Assembly: GCA_964421645.1 (NCBI GenBank)
Contig: CAYQXZ010000001.1
Location: 7,646-46,058, forward strand
Direction: 5' to 3'
DNA from: an uncultured bacterium
GTDB lineage: Bacteria > Ratteibacteria > UBA8468 > B48-G9 > JAFGKM01
DNA: 38,413 nt
Both the position numbers and the translations under genes were made by a program. Below the pieces are notes generated by a model, which saw only the letters and a program-made list of their open reading frames with translations, ran no database searches and was not told where the DNA came from. Positions 1 to 9,215 of this stretch are shown here, in pieces. Positions within the stretch are counted from its first letter, which is position 1. The number at the start of each line of letters is the position of its first letter.

Positions 1-55
1 ACAGGATTTCCTCCCTGGTCTTCTGAAGCTCCTCAAGCGTTTTGAGTTCTTCCAT
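1..55 (-). CDS. 5' end of an unidentified gene that runs off the window (MEELKTLEELQKTREEIL...)
   Basis: The ATG at 55-53 shares one nucleotide with the TGA stop (57-55) of the upstream gene. The frame stays open to the window edge. The fragment is too short to identify. Confidence 0.3.
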   Translation of the reverse strand, partial: MEELKTLEELQKTREEIL

Positions 56-1491
56 CAGTTTGTCAGCAGATAAGTGATTACGTTCACTCCCAGCTCGCAT
101 GCCTGTTCGTTGGTTATCCCTTTGATGTAAGGACGCGGAATGCCTTCCCATTCGCTCCCGAAATTGTAGGGCGAGAATATCACCGCAGGCAGTCCGTTGA
201 CAAGGTATATGTCAAAGGGAGAGTCACTGTTTTCAAACGTGTATGAAAAGTTTTCTATCTTGAATGGCACCCTGTAAAGCGGATAGTCTATGTTCCACTT
301 GACCGCCTTTGCTTCAGGCAGAATTTCCTTCATCAGCTTTTTGAAGCCGCCGGTAAATTCGGTGCTTCCGCAGCAGCTGTCCGCTATGAGCGCGCCCCCG
401 GAAAGAAGGAACTGCCGGAGTTTCTGTTTTTCCCGGGCGGTCAATTTGGGGTCAAAATGCCCGGTCATGTATAAAAGAGGCACGTTTTCAAGCGAGTCCT
501 TTTCAAGGTCAATGTTGAGTTTCTCCAGGTACACTGCGGCCCGGGTCTCCTCCGCAACCCTCTTGAGTATCTTGCCCAGGGACGAGGGATGCGGGTCCCA
601 GTCGCCGGAGTGGACAATCTGCCCTATGTAGAGCTTCCCGCCTTTCTTTTCCGTCTTCTCAACGTATACGGGGGCCTGCCCGTACAGCCTTCCGAATTCA
701 ATCCACCCGAGTGTGTAGCTTATCATGTTTATGCCTGTTCTGACCGCGTCTTCGGGTACGTAGCGGCTGCCCCATTCGTGGGTGTGCATCGCCCAACCGC
801 AGCCGAGATCGTTCGGGGAAAGTATCACCGCAGCCCTGCAGCCGAGATTGAGGAATTTGAGGTCAGGCGCCGCCGCGGACGTCTGTCCTTGCTTCATTAT
901 TTTTACGGTTGAGAGGTTGTTGAAACATCCCTTGAGCGGATGGTTATCATAGAGGGAATAGATATTCCTGTCAGGATAGATTTTTTCAAGCAGCTGCGTA
1001 AAGCTTTTTGTGAATTCAGGGCTTCCCGAGGATGCGTTTGCCCAGATGAAACCGCCCCGTTCAAGATAACCCTTGAGCTTCTGCAGCGTCGCATCATCGG
1101 GTACGTAAGGCTCGGTGCTGGTGATGTAAAGGACAGGAATTTCGTCAGGATCAAACGAGAACTTTGAGAGGTCAATCTTCACCGCCCTGTACGGGACTCC
1201 CAGCTGGGCGGAAGCCAGCCGCAGGAGATTTTCAACGTCATTCTCGGCGCGCGTCCATGCATTGTCCGGACCGCATATGACCTTGCCGACAAGCACCGGG
1301 GGAGCAGGGGGATTCTTCTTCTCGCTTCGTCTCAAAGGCGTGGCCGGCAGGGGGAGGGGCGGAAATGCTTCGCCCGCTTTACGCCTCTGCACGTCCTGCG
1401 CCGGAGGCGCCTTCCCGCACTCCCATGCAAATGAATTCCACTGCGTGGAGAGGAGTGCCAGAAGCAGTATCTTTGCGATCACCCTGTTCAT
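55..1491 (-). CDS. Secreted protein with two tandem DUF4159-like domains (Bat/aerotolerance-operon-associated family)
   Basis: ORF 55..1614 was trimmed to the ATG at 1491, giving a signal-peptide-like N-terminus (MNRVIAKILLLALLSTQWNSFA). Two segments carry the DUF4159 signature: IPVLYITSTEPYVPDDATLQKLKGYLERGGFIWANASSG and VPLLYMTGHFDPKLTAREKQKLRQFLLSGGALIADSCCG. Confidence 0.7.
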   Translation of the reverse strand: MNRVIAKILLLALLSTQWNSFAWECGKAPPAQDVQRRKAGEAFPPLPLPATPLRRSEKKNPPAPPVLVGKVICGPDNAWTRAENDVENLLRLASAQLGVPYRAVKIDLSKFSFDPDEIPVLYITSTEPYVPDDATLQKLKGYLERGGFIWANASSGSPEFTKSFTQLLEKIYPDRNIYSLYDNHPLKGCFNNLSTVKIMKQGQTSAAAPDLKFLNLGCRAAVILSPNDLGCGWAMHTHEWGSRYVPEDAVRTGINMISYTLGWIEFGRLYGQAPVYVEKTEKKGGKLYIGQIVHSGDWDPHPSSLGKILKRVAEETRAAVYLEKLNIDLEKDSLENVPLLYMTGHFDPKLTAREKQKLRQFLLSGGALIADSCCGSTEFTGGFKKLMKEILPEAKAVKWNIDYPLYRVPFKIENFSYTFENSDSPFDIYLVNGLPAVIFSPYNFGSEWEGIPRPYIKGITNEQACELGVNVITYLLTN

Positions 1492-1501
1492 GGTGGAAAA
1501 A

Positions 1502-3532
1502 TTATTTTTTCGGAAGTTTGGCGGCTGCCAGGTCGTAGAGCTGTGAACCCGGATACTGTTCCGCAGTCTTCCTGTAAAATTCCTCGGCTTTAGTCTTATC
1601 TCCCAGGTCCTCATAAGATTCCCCCGTAAGGTACAAAGCCCAGCCGTAATAGAGGTTATCTTTTACATTCTTGCATATCTTCGTGAATATTTCAAGTTCC
1701 CTTATTGCCTGCCTGTAATCTTTCCTGATGATGAGCGCTCTTGCCATGAGCACCGACCACTGCCCGTCCAGCTTCGCGCCGGGTATCTCCTGTGCCCACA
1801 CTGCCAGTTCATCAATCGCGGCGGAGAAATCTTTCTGCTTGAGGTAGTAGAGCACTGCCTGCGCGTATGTGCCAGCTCTTGCGGCGGGATTTTCCACTGT
1901 CATCAGTTTCTTGTAGGCCTCCGAAGCCTTATCGTAATTGCCGTTAATCCTGTACACGTCGCCGGTTCCGATCTCGGCTTTCTTCTTCATTTCCGGGGAG
2001 AGGTCTTTCAGCTGGAGAATCTTCCTGAAGGTGGCGTCCGCTTCCGGAATTTTCCCGGTCGCCAGGTAAAGGGCCGCAAGCTTGAGCATTATCTCCGGCA
2101 GCGGCTTGTTCTCAAGGAGTTTCTTGTACGCCGCTTCCGCGTAAGCGTAATCGCCTGTCTTTTCCGCAAGTCCTGCGGCTATGACCGAAACCCTGAATGA
2201 ATCGTCCGCGCCGAGGTTCCGCTCCTTCAGTATCCTGTAGATCTTGTATGCATCCTGTATCCTGTCATAGCTTTCGTAGAGTTCCGCAAGGATGAAGAGC
2301 TCCTCGTTTCCGAGCGCCCTGTGGTTGAAACCGCCGAATTCGTCAATGTACTGCTGGTAGGTGCGCGGGTTGACAACCATCTTTGAGTAGTCCTGTTCCG
2401 CAAGCACCTGCAGTGTTGTTTCGTCAACCCCTCCCTTCCTGTCTTTTATCTTGAGCGTTACCGGGTAGGTTCCCTTCTTCAGCCATGTGTGGTAAACCTC
2501 CTTGCCCGAGGCTGTCTGTCCGTCGCCGAAAGACCATGCTCTTTCCGTTATGTCGGTCTCCGGAAACGATTCGTCAAAGAACCTGAAGGTGAGCAGTTCC
2601 CACCTTTCTCTCCGCAGGTAGTTGGTATTTTCCCAGCCGAAACCCGCGGAAAGGTTCTTGCCGTTTTCTTCTGTTTTAACTGCTTCGGCGCGGATTACGG
2701 GAAGGAAGAAATCCTGCGGGATAACGATAAACTTGTTTTCCGCGCCCGGCTGTCTTATTGCGGCGACGGCTATCTCCTGCCGTGCCCTTCCTATCTGGTA
2801 ATAGGTCAGCTTGTGCAGTCCATCCTTCAGGTTTACCGTGCCTGACCGTTCAGGCCTGACAAGAGGTTCGGCGTCATGCCATCCGGGCCATGACGCTACC
2901 ATCTTGTCGTCTATCAGAAGGTAGGACGGACCTGCCGAGCTTGTTGCGAAGGTGTAGTCGGAAGGCGCCTTCACGTAGAAATACCCGTTATAGATTTTCA
3001 CTACGTCAACCTGCGGACCGAACGGATTTGTGCCGTCCCATATCTTTTCCCTGAATCCCCTGCCGTAGAGGGTGTCTTTCCTGCTCTCGTCAACCAGCGC
3101 CATGGCGCTTTCTGTTGTGGCAACGTTATCGCTTTTCCTCCTGCGCACTTCAAGCATGAGCCCTCTCTTCGGGTACCATCCATAATCAGTTTTTGCAGCT
3201 TGGGGATTCCCGTAATATACGAAATACCGTCCTTCTTCCGCCGGAAAGCTTATGCTGTACCTGTCATCGGGTCCTGCGGAGACTATGAAAACCGGGATTT
3301 CCTTTCCTGCGCCGTCAATGACCCTTATGTCGGAGCCGTCTTTTTTTGCGGCGCTTCCGAAGAAGTCAAGGACGGCAACCTTCTCAACGGGGTAAGCGTC
3401 CTTTGAAGCAGGGATATCCAGGATCTTCCTGTACTGCCATCCGTCCGCCCACGCCTGTGTCTGGGCGGATAGCGTGCCGGCATGCAACAGCGCCGCCGCA
3501 AGAAACACAAGGGATAAATTCCGCGTCCTCAT
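1502..3532 (-). CDS. Secreted multidomain protein: DUF2341-like N-terminus, PA14-like domain, PKD domain, C-terminal TPR repeats
   Basis: The ORF was trimmed to the ATG at 3532 (MRTRNLSLVFLAAALLHAGTLSAQ signal peptide). That ATG overlaps the upstream stop in an ATGA arrangement. The PKD motif is WSFGDGQTASGKEVYHTWLKKGTYPVTLKIKD. The PA14-like stretch is YNGYFYVKAPSDYTFATSSAGPSYLLIDD. The C-terminal third has many TPR-like A/Y/L repeats. Confidence 0.7.
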   Translation of the reverse strand: MRTRNLSLVFLAAALLHAGTLSAQTQAWADGWQYRKILDIPASKDAYPVEKVAVLDFFGSAAKKDGSDIRVIDGAGKEIPVFIVSAGPDDRYSISFPAEEGRYFVYYGNPQAAKTDYGWYPKRGLMLEVRRRKSDNVATTESAMALVDESRKDTLYGRGFREKIWDGTNPFGPQVDVVKIYNGYFYVKAPSDYTFATSSAGPSYLLIDDKMVASWPGWHDAEPLVRPERSGTVNLKDGLHKLTYYQIGRARQEIAVAAIRQPGAENKFIVIPQDFFLPVIRAEAVKTEENGKNLSAGFGWENTNYLRRERWELLTFRFFDESFPETDITERAWSFGDGQTASGKEVYHTWLKKGTYPVTLKIKDRKGGVDETTLQVLAEQDYSKMVVNPRTYQQYIDEFGGFNHRALGNEELFILAELYESYDRIQDAYKIYRILKERNLGADDSFRVSVIAAGLAEKTGDYAYAEAAYKKLLENKPLPEIMLKLAALYLATGKIPEADATFRKILQLKDLSPEMKKKAEIGTGDVYRINGNYDKASEAYKKLMTVENPAARAGTYAQAVLYYLKQKDFSAAIDELAVWAQEIPGAKLDGQWSVLMARALIIRKDYRQAIRELEIFTKICKNVKDNLYYGWALYLTGESYEDLGDKTKAEEFYRKTAEQYPGSQLYDLAAAKLPKK

Positions 3533-4461
3533 TTTTTCGTCAGCGAGACATTCTTGAAATATATATCGCCGGCAGACAGGTATGAATACAGCTTTATTCT
3601 TATCCACCTTATTCCGGGTTTGAAAGCCATGTTAAACGTGTACTCGCTCCAGTCGTCTTCAGGATGTATGGGACATTCCTCCCTATCAGGTCTTCTCCTT
3701 CTTCCACCGAGCAGTTTCCATTCTTCAACGAATATTATGACTTCAGGGGCAGAGCTCTTGAACCTGGCTTTGAGCTGGTATTCCCCGGGTGATTCAATCT
3801 CATAAAAGAGGGAATATGCCCACAGCCCCTCGCCCTCGGCGGTTGTCCTGTCCAGGTGGAAGACCAGCTGGTTGTTTTCCCTGTCCCAGACGGTTTTCCT
3901 GTCATGCAGTTTCCAGCCGTAAAGCAGTTCCCCGCCCTGCGTAAAATCCGGGTTGACGTTGATACTGCCGCCTACGGGCGCGCCTGAAGATTTAAGGACA
4001 CTGAAGGTCACCTCGTTTGACACAATATCCCCGTAAAGAAGCCTTATCCTGAACTGCCCGGGCAGTCCGTAATGATAATACCAGTAAGGGAACCAGACTC
4101 CCCATGCTATCTTTTCCCCGGGCTTCATGGTCAGAGAAAGCGTACCCGGTTTAGGTTCCTGCGGCATGTAATTTGTAAACCTGTCAGCGGGTTTGCCGTT
4201 GAACTCAACGGCAAGACGGTACGGACTTTCTGCAACGTAAAGATACTTTTTCTCAACGGGCTGGAGATACTTGAGGTCTACCCGTTTCTCTTCGGAAGAA
4301 GTGTTTTCTATCGTAAGAGCGAGGACAATCTCATCTTCTTCATGGTAAGAGCTTTTCGTGGAAGACAGGGTCAAGGAAAGTCCCGGGTTATCACAGTATC
4401 CGGAAATGCAGAAGACGGAACAAATGATTATGCACGCAGAAAAAAGAATCTTGGACCTCAT
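3529..4461 (-). CDS. Secreted hypothetical protein (310 aa)
   Basis: Long ORF with a signal peptide (MRSKILFSACIIICSVFCISGYC). It has 4-nt ATGA overlaps with both neighbouring genes. I recognised no family. Confidence 0.6.
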   Translation of the reverse strand: MRSKILFSACIIICSVFCISGYCDNPGLSLTLSSTKSSYHEEDEIVLALTIENTSSEEKRVDLKYLQPVEKKYLYVAESPYRLAVEFNGKPADRFTNYMPQEPKPGTLSLTMKPGEKIAWGVWFPYWYYHYGLPGQFRIRLLYGDIVSNEVTFSVLKSSGAPVGGSINVNPDFTQGGELLYGWKLHDRKTVWDRENNQLVFHLDRTTAEGEGLWAYSLFYEIESPGEYQLKARFKSSAPEVIIFVEEWKLLGGRRRRPDREECPIHPEDDWSEYTFNMAFKPGIRWIRIKLYSYLSAGDIYFKNVSLTKK

Positions 4462-7208
4462 TTGTATATTTCCCTGTAGTATTTCCTGACGATGTTTTCG
4501 TATCCTGCCGGTATCTTCTCATCCCATACGCTTCCCTGCTGCCCCGCTGTTTTTGTAAGGGCCCTGTCGCCATTCTCCGCTCTCAAAATTCTTGTCTTTG
4601 TGAAGAACTGGTCTGCCTGCTGGAGGTGCGATATAATCTTCTGTTTCTCCGTGAGAAGCTCCGTGTACTTGCCTTCGTGCAATTTCACCTGGAACTCCTT
4701 CATCTGCCCGAGCGCCCTCTCCATCTCCGGGTTGTAAACATTTACAACCTGCATGTTTCTTATCAGGCTTTCAGTCTTTTCTATGAGTTTCTGCTGTTTC
4801 TGGGAAAGCATGTTATAGCGGAACGAGAGATCCTGCACCTGTCCGGTCAGTCCCTGCGCTCCCCAGCCGCTCACCTTCCCTCCGCCCGTGGGGCCCAGGG
4901 GCTGTTCTCCGCTGGTATCCTGTATCTCTCCGGGCTCAAGGTTGTCCGGCGTAAGCCGCGCCGGGGTCTTTCTCCCGCCCTTTCCCGTCGCGGTCTTTTC
5001 CACCATTTCCCCGTAGGAACGTCCGGTCCGCCCCTCGCCGCTCCTGCCGCCCACCTCCTGCTGGTTTGGCATGAGGTTTCCGGTTATCCCCTTTGCGCTC
5101 ATGTTGCTTATGGGGCCGTCCATTACGCCCCATCCGGCCCCCTTGTCAAGACTGTCCATCCAGCTGCTGGTTATGTCCTCTATCTCTTCGCGCATGTCCT
5201 CTTCCTGCTCAAGGAGGTCTCCTATTATATCCTCAAGCTCGTCGGGCAGTTCTGCCTCCGGGACGTTATACTTTGCCGGAGGTTCCTCCATGTCCCACTT
5301 GATGTAATCCGGGTATTCCGAGAGCCAGCGCTCAAGGTTTGACGTTAATTCCTTTGCAAGCTCAAGTCCTGACTGGGATGCCGGTATTGCCATGTGGATG
5401 GCTTTCTTTGCAAGCTGCTGGTTGGAGAGCTGAAGGTGAGAGATCATCTCCACCAGCTCATCGGAAAGCGTGAACTTGCCCTTTGTCTGCGTGCCCATCC
5501 TGTCAAGGTCGTCAACCATCTTCTGGAAAAGGTCTGCCCATTTCTTCTGGCTCTCGGCGATATCGTCTATCTTGTCCTTGTCAGATGACAGGTTCCTGTT
5601 CTCCATGATCTTCTTTGCCGCCTCTATCAGGTTCTTCTCGTCGCTGGTGAACTTTTCCAGGTTGGTCTTTATTATTTCAATCTTTTTCACCTGGGGTTCC
5701 TGCTCCGGCGTTTTGCCGTCCCCCTCCGTTCCCGACATCTTTCTGGATCCCGGATAGATATAATAGACGGATGAGAAACCCGTGTTTCCCTGCGGACAGT
5801 TGTCAACGCATTCGGCATAGTAGCTCACAGGTTCCGTGAAATCTGCCGGGATGCGGAGAACCGTCTCCGCGGTGTACTCGGCCTTCCCGCCTCCGACGGT
5901 TGTTTTGTACAGGACAGGATCCTGCCCGGATACTATGCCGCGCTGAACCTGCTTTCTTATCCTGATGGAGGTAATCCCGAAGTCGTCCCGGCCCCTTACC
6001 TTGAGCTGGATTGTCTTGCCCGCCTGGGTAAAAACGTCTCTTCCCGGATTGATGAACTCAACGTACGGGGAGTTGTCAAAGGTGACGTTCAGCCGTTCCC
6101 TCGGGGTTTCCCTGAACTGTTTCGTAAGTGGATCGTAGTACCTGAACTGGAAAAGCGTCGCCCTGCCAGCGGTGAACCGGAAGACCTTCTTTTTTGCGGT
6201 TCCTCTGTCTATAAGATTTTCACCGTCTCCGAACAGGAGATAGGTATCGCCCACGGGATTGGTAAATGTGGCTTCAACAGTGATTCTTGTCCCGTACAGC
6301 GCGGTGATTTCTCCGTACGGTTTCTCTTCCTTCCGGCTCTTCTGTCCGGTGTAGGCCGGAAAGACGTAGGCAAGGTTCATCCTGTTAAGCAGTGTCTGTT
6401 CCTTCACTTCTATCCTGAACCATCCTGTCGTTTTCCTGCCGTCGTATATTATCCTGTAGGAAAACGGTTCTTTTACCTCGGGGATGTAGTATGCAAAGAA
6501 ATTGCGGTCTTCCATGAGCTGGTCTCTTCTTGTCTGCGTATTCCTGATTTCCACGCCGGGACCGGTGCTGCCTTCCTTGAGATAGACGCGGATTGTCAGC
6601 GGCGAACCCTTTTCTATTGAAGCGTTCCCCGGTTCAACGCGCACCTCTCTTTCCGCCATTAACGAGGGGAAAAGGATTCTCATGAAGCTGTTCTTGAAAC
6701 TGCCGGGGGCAAACAGCGCGTAAATGAAGAGAAGCACAAGGGACGTGAGCGCCGCCTTCCTGTAGCGGGAGAGCTTTTTCATGTCAATGGCAGCCGAAGG
6801 ATCGGTGCCGTGTATCGCCTTCCTTGCGTCCCCGGTCAAACGGTCAATGAAGGGCAGAGGATAAACCGTGCTGTCGCCAAGCTGAAGGGCGTTGATGAGA
6901 TGCGTGTCAAAGTCCGGGAACTTTTTCTCAAGTGAAACTGCAAGCCGGGAATAGGACATTCTCTTCAGGGATGAAATACTGCCGTATGCTTTCAGCAGGG
7001 CAAATGCCGCCAGACCGAGAAAAAGAAGCTTTATCCACAACACGGCGCCGCTTCCAAGCAAGAATGCGTTTTCAAGGATAAGAACCAGGAGAAGGGGAGG
7101 GATCAACAGTATGAGAGCAAAGAAGAGATTCTGCTGTACGGACCTTCTTGTTTGAAGCGCCCTGTAGTAATCCAGGTAGCCCTTTATGAAATCAAGGTTG
7201 TCATTCAC
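4458..7208 (-). CDS. Large membrane-anchored protein, DUF4175-like (Bat-like operon component)
   Basis: 916-aa ORF with a GTG start at 7208, preceded by GGAGGG 7 nt upstream. The N-terminus has hydrophobic helices (LFFALILLIPPLLLVLILENAFLL, VLWIKLLFLGLAAFALL). The centre is acidic and coiled-coil-like, followed by a G/R/T-rich low-complexity stretch. The C-terminus is IPAGYENIVRKYYREIYK. The family call rests on overall architecture and memory of DUF4175 proteins. Confidence 0.55.
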   Translation of the reverse strand: MNDNLDFIKGYLDYYRALQTRRSVQQNLFFALILLIPPLLLVLILENAFLLGSGAVLWIKLLFLGLAAFALLKAYGSISSLKRMSYSRLAVSLEKKFPDFDTHLINALQLGDSTVYPLPFIDRLTGDARKAIHGTDPSAAIDMKKLSRYRKAALTSLVLLFIYALFAPGSFKNSFMRILFPSLMAEREVRVEPGNASIEKGSPLTIRVYLKEGSTGPGVEIRNTQTRRDQLMEDRNFFAYYIPEVKEPFSYRIIYDGRKTTGWFRIEVKEQTLLNRMNLAYVFPAYTGQKSRKEEKPYGEITALYGTRITVEATFTNPVGDTYLLFGDGENLIDRGTAKKKVFRFTAGRATLFQFRYYDPLTKQFRETPRERLNVTFDNSPYVEFINPGRDVFTQAGKTIQLKVRGRDDFGITSIRIRKQVQRGIVSGQDPVLYKTTVGGGKAEYTAETVLRIPADFTEPVSYYAECVDNCPQGNTGFSSVYYIYPGSRKMSGTEGDGKTPEQEPQVKKIEIIKTNLEKFTSDEKNLIEAAKKIMENRNLSSDKDKIDDIAESQKKWADLFQKMVDDLDRMGTQTKGKFTLSDELVEMISHLQLSNQQLAKKAIHMAIPASQSGLELAKELTSNLERWLSEYPDYIKWDMEEPPAKYNVPEAELPDELEDIIGDLLEQEEDMREEIEDITSSWMDSLDKGAGWGVMDGPISNMSAKGITGNLMPNQQEVGGRSGEGRTGRSYGEMVEKTATGKGGRKTPARLTPDNLEPGEIQDTSGEQPLGPTGGGKVSGWGAQGLTGQVQDLSFRYNMLSQKQQKLIEKTESLIRNMQVVNVYNPEMERALGQMKEFQVKLHEGKYTELLTEKQKIISHLQQADQFFTKTRILRAENGDRALTKTAGQQGSVWDEKIPAGYENIVRKYYREIYK

Positions 7209-7242
7209 CTGTCTTCCCTCCGCGGTCTACATCAATATCTGC

Positions 7243-7677
7243 CTATTTCTCCGGCATGGGAACCTTATTATTTCTGTACTTTCCCCACTGGATTGAAGGA
7301 TCTACCCAATAAATATTCTCAAATCTCTTATTGAATGCGATTATTTTGTCCACAGAGCTTTTTCCTATGCCAATATCTCGTGCGAACGTTTCGTTTTGAT
7401 TTAGTAAGTAGAATCCCAGGTTATCGATCCTGTGAAGGAACCCGCTCAACTCATGTCCTATGCGCCAGTACAGGCGGGAACTCTTATCACGTTGTTTTGA
7501 ACATAGAGCAAGAATGTTCTTGACCGTTTCTATGACAATGGCGTAATCCTGCTCCATGAAAGAGAGTTCTTTCTGGATGTTTCTTGAGACATTTTGCATT
7601 ACTTCCATTGCCGTAGATATTTTGAACGGTCTTTCAGTGTTGTCACCTCTGAATATTCTTATAGGATATTGCTTCAT
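7243..7677 (-). CDS. Hypothetical 144-aa protein with a possible helix-turn-helix; last gene of the R-M/GHKL operon
   Basis: The ORF was trimmed to the ATG at 7677 (MKQYPIRIF...), 2 nt after the GHKL gene stop (7680-7682). The segment ETFARDIGIGKSSVDKIIAFNKRF looks HTH-like. I recognised no family. Confidence 0.6.
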   Translation of the reverse strand: MKQYPIRIFRGDNTERPFKISTAMEVMQNVSRNIQKELSFMEQDYAIVIETVKNILALCSKQRDKSSRLYWRIGHELSGFLHRIDNLGFYLLNQNETFARDIGIGKSSVDKIIAFNKRFENIYWVDPSIQWGKYRNNKVPMPEK

Positions 7678-7679
7678 GA

Positions 7680-9203
7680 TTAGAGATTGCCTCCCCATAC
7701 GGAAAGAAAATCAGCAATGAAGGCCTGTGGAGATTTTTCGCTCTCAACATATCCGGATAATGCCCATGCGACAGTTACAAACCAGTGGTATCTCAATGCT
7801 TTTTCGTTCCTTTCTATGTTCCTGTATGCGCTGTGACCTGTATTTATGACAAGTGTCGTTCCCTCAAGCCAGCCAAGTTCCTTCCTTTCCGGAGAGTTAT
7901 TGTAACCGAGCATTAATCCGAGTCGTCTTCTTCGGCCTGTATGCGGGAGTCCTCCATCAGTCGGTTCCGGAGACGGCTCAATATGTTCGCCCGGGTCTAT
8001 TCCGGGAATTGCATCTATTCCTCCGCCCGTTCCGTCTCCGCCTTCAGTCCCTGACATTGTTCCGGTGCCATCTTCAGGCGTGCCGGCGGGAGGTGCTGTG
8101 GAATCAGGGATTATACCTGCAATCATGCCGCTCCTGGATCCCTTGCCCAGCAGAGGACTCAATTCCGGAAAGTCGTCAAGCATATTTCCCAGAATGCGTT
8201 CCAGTTCTCTCTCAAGAGACTGCGCATCCCTTTTTGAGGTTTCTTCAATATCTCCCGCCTCTCCCATGTCTTGCAGAACAAGCTTTACGGTTTCCTGAAT
8301 GGCCTTACGGTACTTGTAATATTTTTGCAGGCTGTTCACGTCCCTCAAAAAATCCATTTTGTTGATTGTCAGCAGTTCCGCCATCATCGGGATTTCTATT
8401 ATGCCTGTGACATGCATGGGGCTGCGCGGAATGATGCCCAACCAGTCCCAACCTCGTTTAATGATTTTTCCAAAAGTTGATATTGCTATGCCTCTCTTTT
8501 CCTCCGGCAGTTCCGTATCGCTCCTGGCAATAAATCCTATTCCAGCCGGTTTCTTTCTCCTGCCCATGCCGACTACAAACCATTTCTCTTTCATCCCTTC
8601 AGGAGGATTCACAATCTTTCGCCCGTTTATGAAAATTTCCACGCCTTTCGTATATATATTTTTCAGTACGTCGGAGAAGCTTTCATGCAGGAGAGGATAG
8701 TAGTAGGTTTGAATCACGTCTTCTATGTGAGACTCGTCAAACAGCGATGATGAATCGTTAAGATATATCGAGACAGAAGTTCCATTTTCTCCCGTAACGA
8801 AATTCCGAATATCCATATATTCCCACGGAGCCTTTTTTGCGCTTTCGAGCCACCACCGGGATGCCTTATGAAAATCTTTGTTCTTTGTTTCGGTCTCAAC
8901 TTTTCCTGCATACAGCAGGGCAAGTTTTACGCCAACCCCTGCAAAACCGATCCCTTTCCCCCTGACCTTGCTGGTTTCGGCTATGTCATGATAGGCCTGG
9001 AAATCTTTTTCAGACATACCTTTTCCATTATCCGTAATTGTAAAAGTTCTGGCATCCGCGTCCGTAGTGATCCTGATTTTAGATGTTCCGGAATCAAGAG
9101 AGTTGGCAATCAGTTCCAGAATTATTACGTCTTCCGCGGGACACGGATAGCTGTCCCTGATGTCTTCCAGAAGGTGAGTCAGATTTACACGTGTTTCTCC
9201 CAT
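7680..9203 (-). CDS. GHKL-superfamily ATPase (HATPase_c_3 / MORC-Hsp90-like)
   Basis: Bergerat-fold motifs are present: ELIANSLDSG (motif I, N-box), ITDNGKGMS (motif II), GKGIGFAGVGVK (motif III). An S5-like segment follows (GIAISTFGKIIKRG ... LTINKMDF). Next comes a G/T/P/E-rich low-complexity linker and a conserved-looking C-terminal tail (LVINTGHSAY...). Confidence 0.8.
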   Translation of the reverse strand: MGETRVNLTHLLEDIRDSYPCPAEDVIILELIANSLDSGTSKIRITTDADARTFTITDNGKGMSEKDFQAYHDIAETSKVRGKGIGFAGVGVKLALLYAGKVETETKNKDFHKASRWWLESAKKAPWEYMDIRNFVTGENGTSVSIYLNDSSSLFDESHIEDVIQTYYYPLLHESFSDVLKNIYTKGVEIFINGRKIVNPPEGMKEKWFVVGMGRRKKPAGIGFIARSDTELPEEKRGIAISTFGKIIKRGWDWLGIIPRSPMHVTGIIEIPMMAELLTINKMDFLRDVNSLQKYYKYRKAIQETVKLVLQDMGEAGDIEETSKRDAQSLERELERILGNMLDDFPELSPLLGKGSRSGMIAGIIPDSTAPPAGTPEDGTGTMSGTEGGDGTGGGIDAIPGIDPGEHIEPSPEPTDGGLPHTGRRRRLGLMLGYNNSPERKELGWLEGTTLVINTGHSAYRNIERNEKALRYHWFVTVAWALSGYVESEKSPQAFIADFLSVWGGNL

Positions 9204-9215
9204 TTGTTCTCTGCC

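Noticed and set aside
7209-7242. Promoter for the envelope operon in the 34-nt gap (TTCCCA-17-GATATT on the minus strand, extending into the 144-aa gene)
   Set aside because: Both hexamers are poor matches. Read-through from the upstream island is equally plausible, so I did not list it as a feature.
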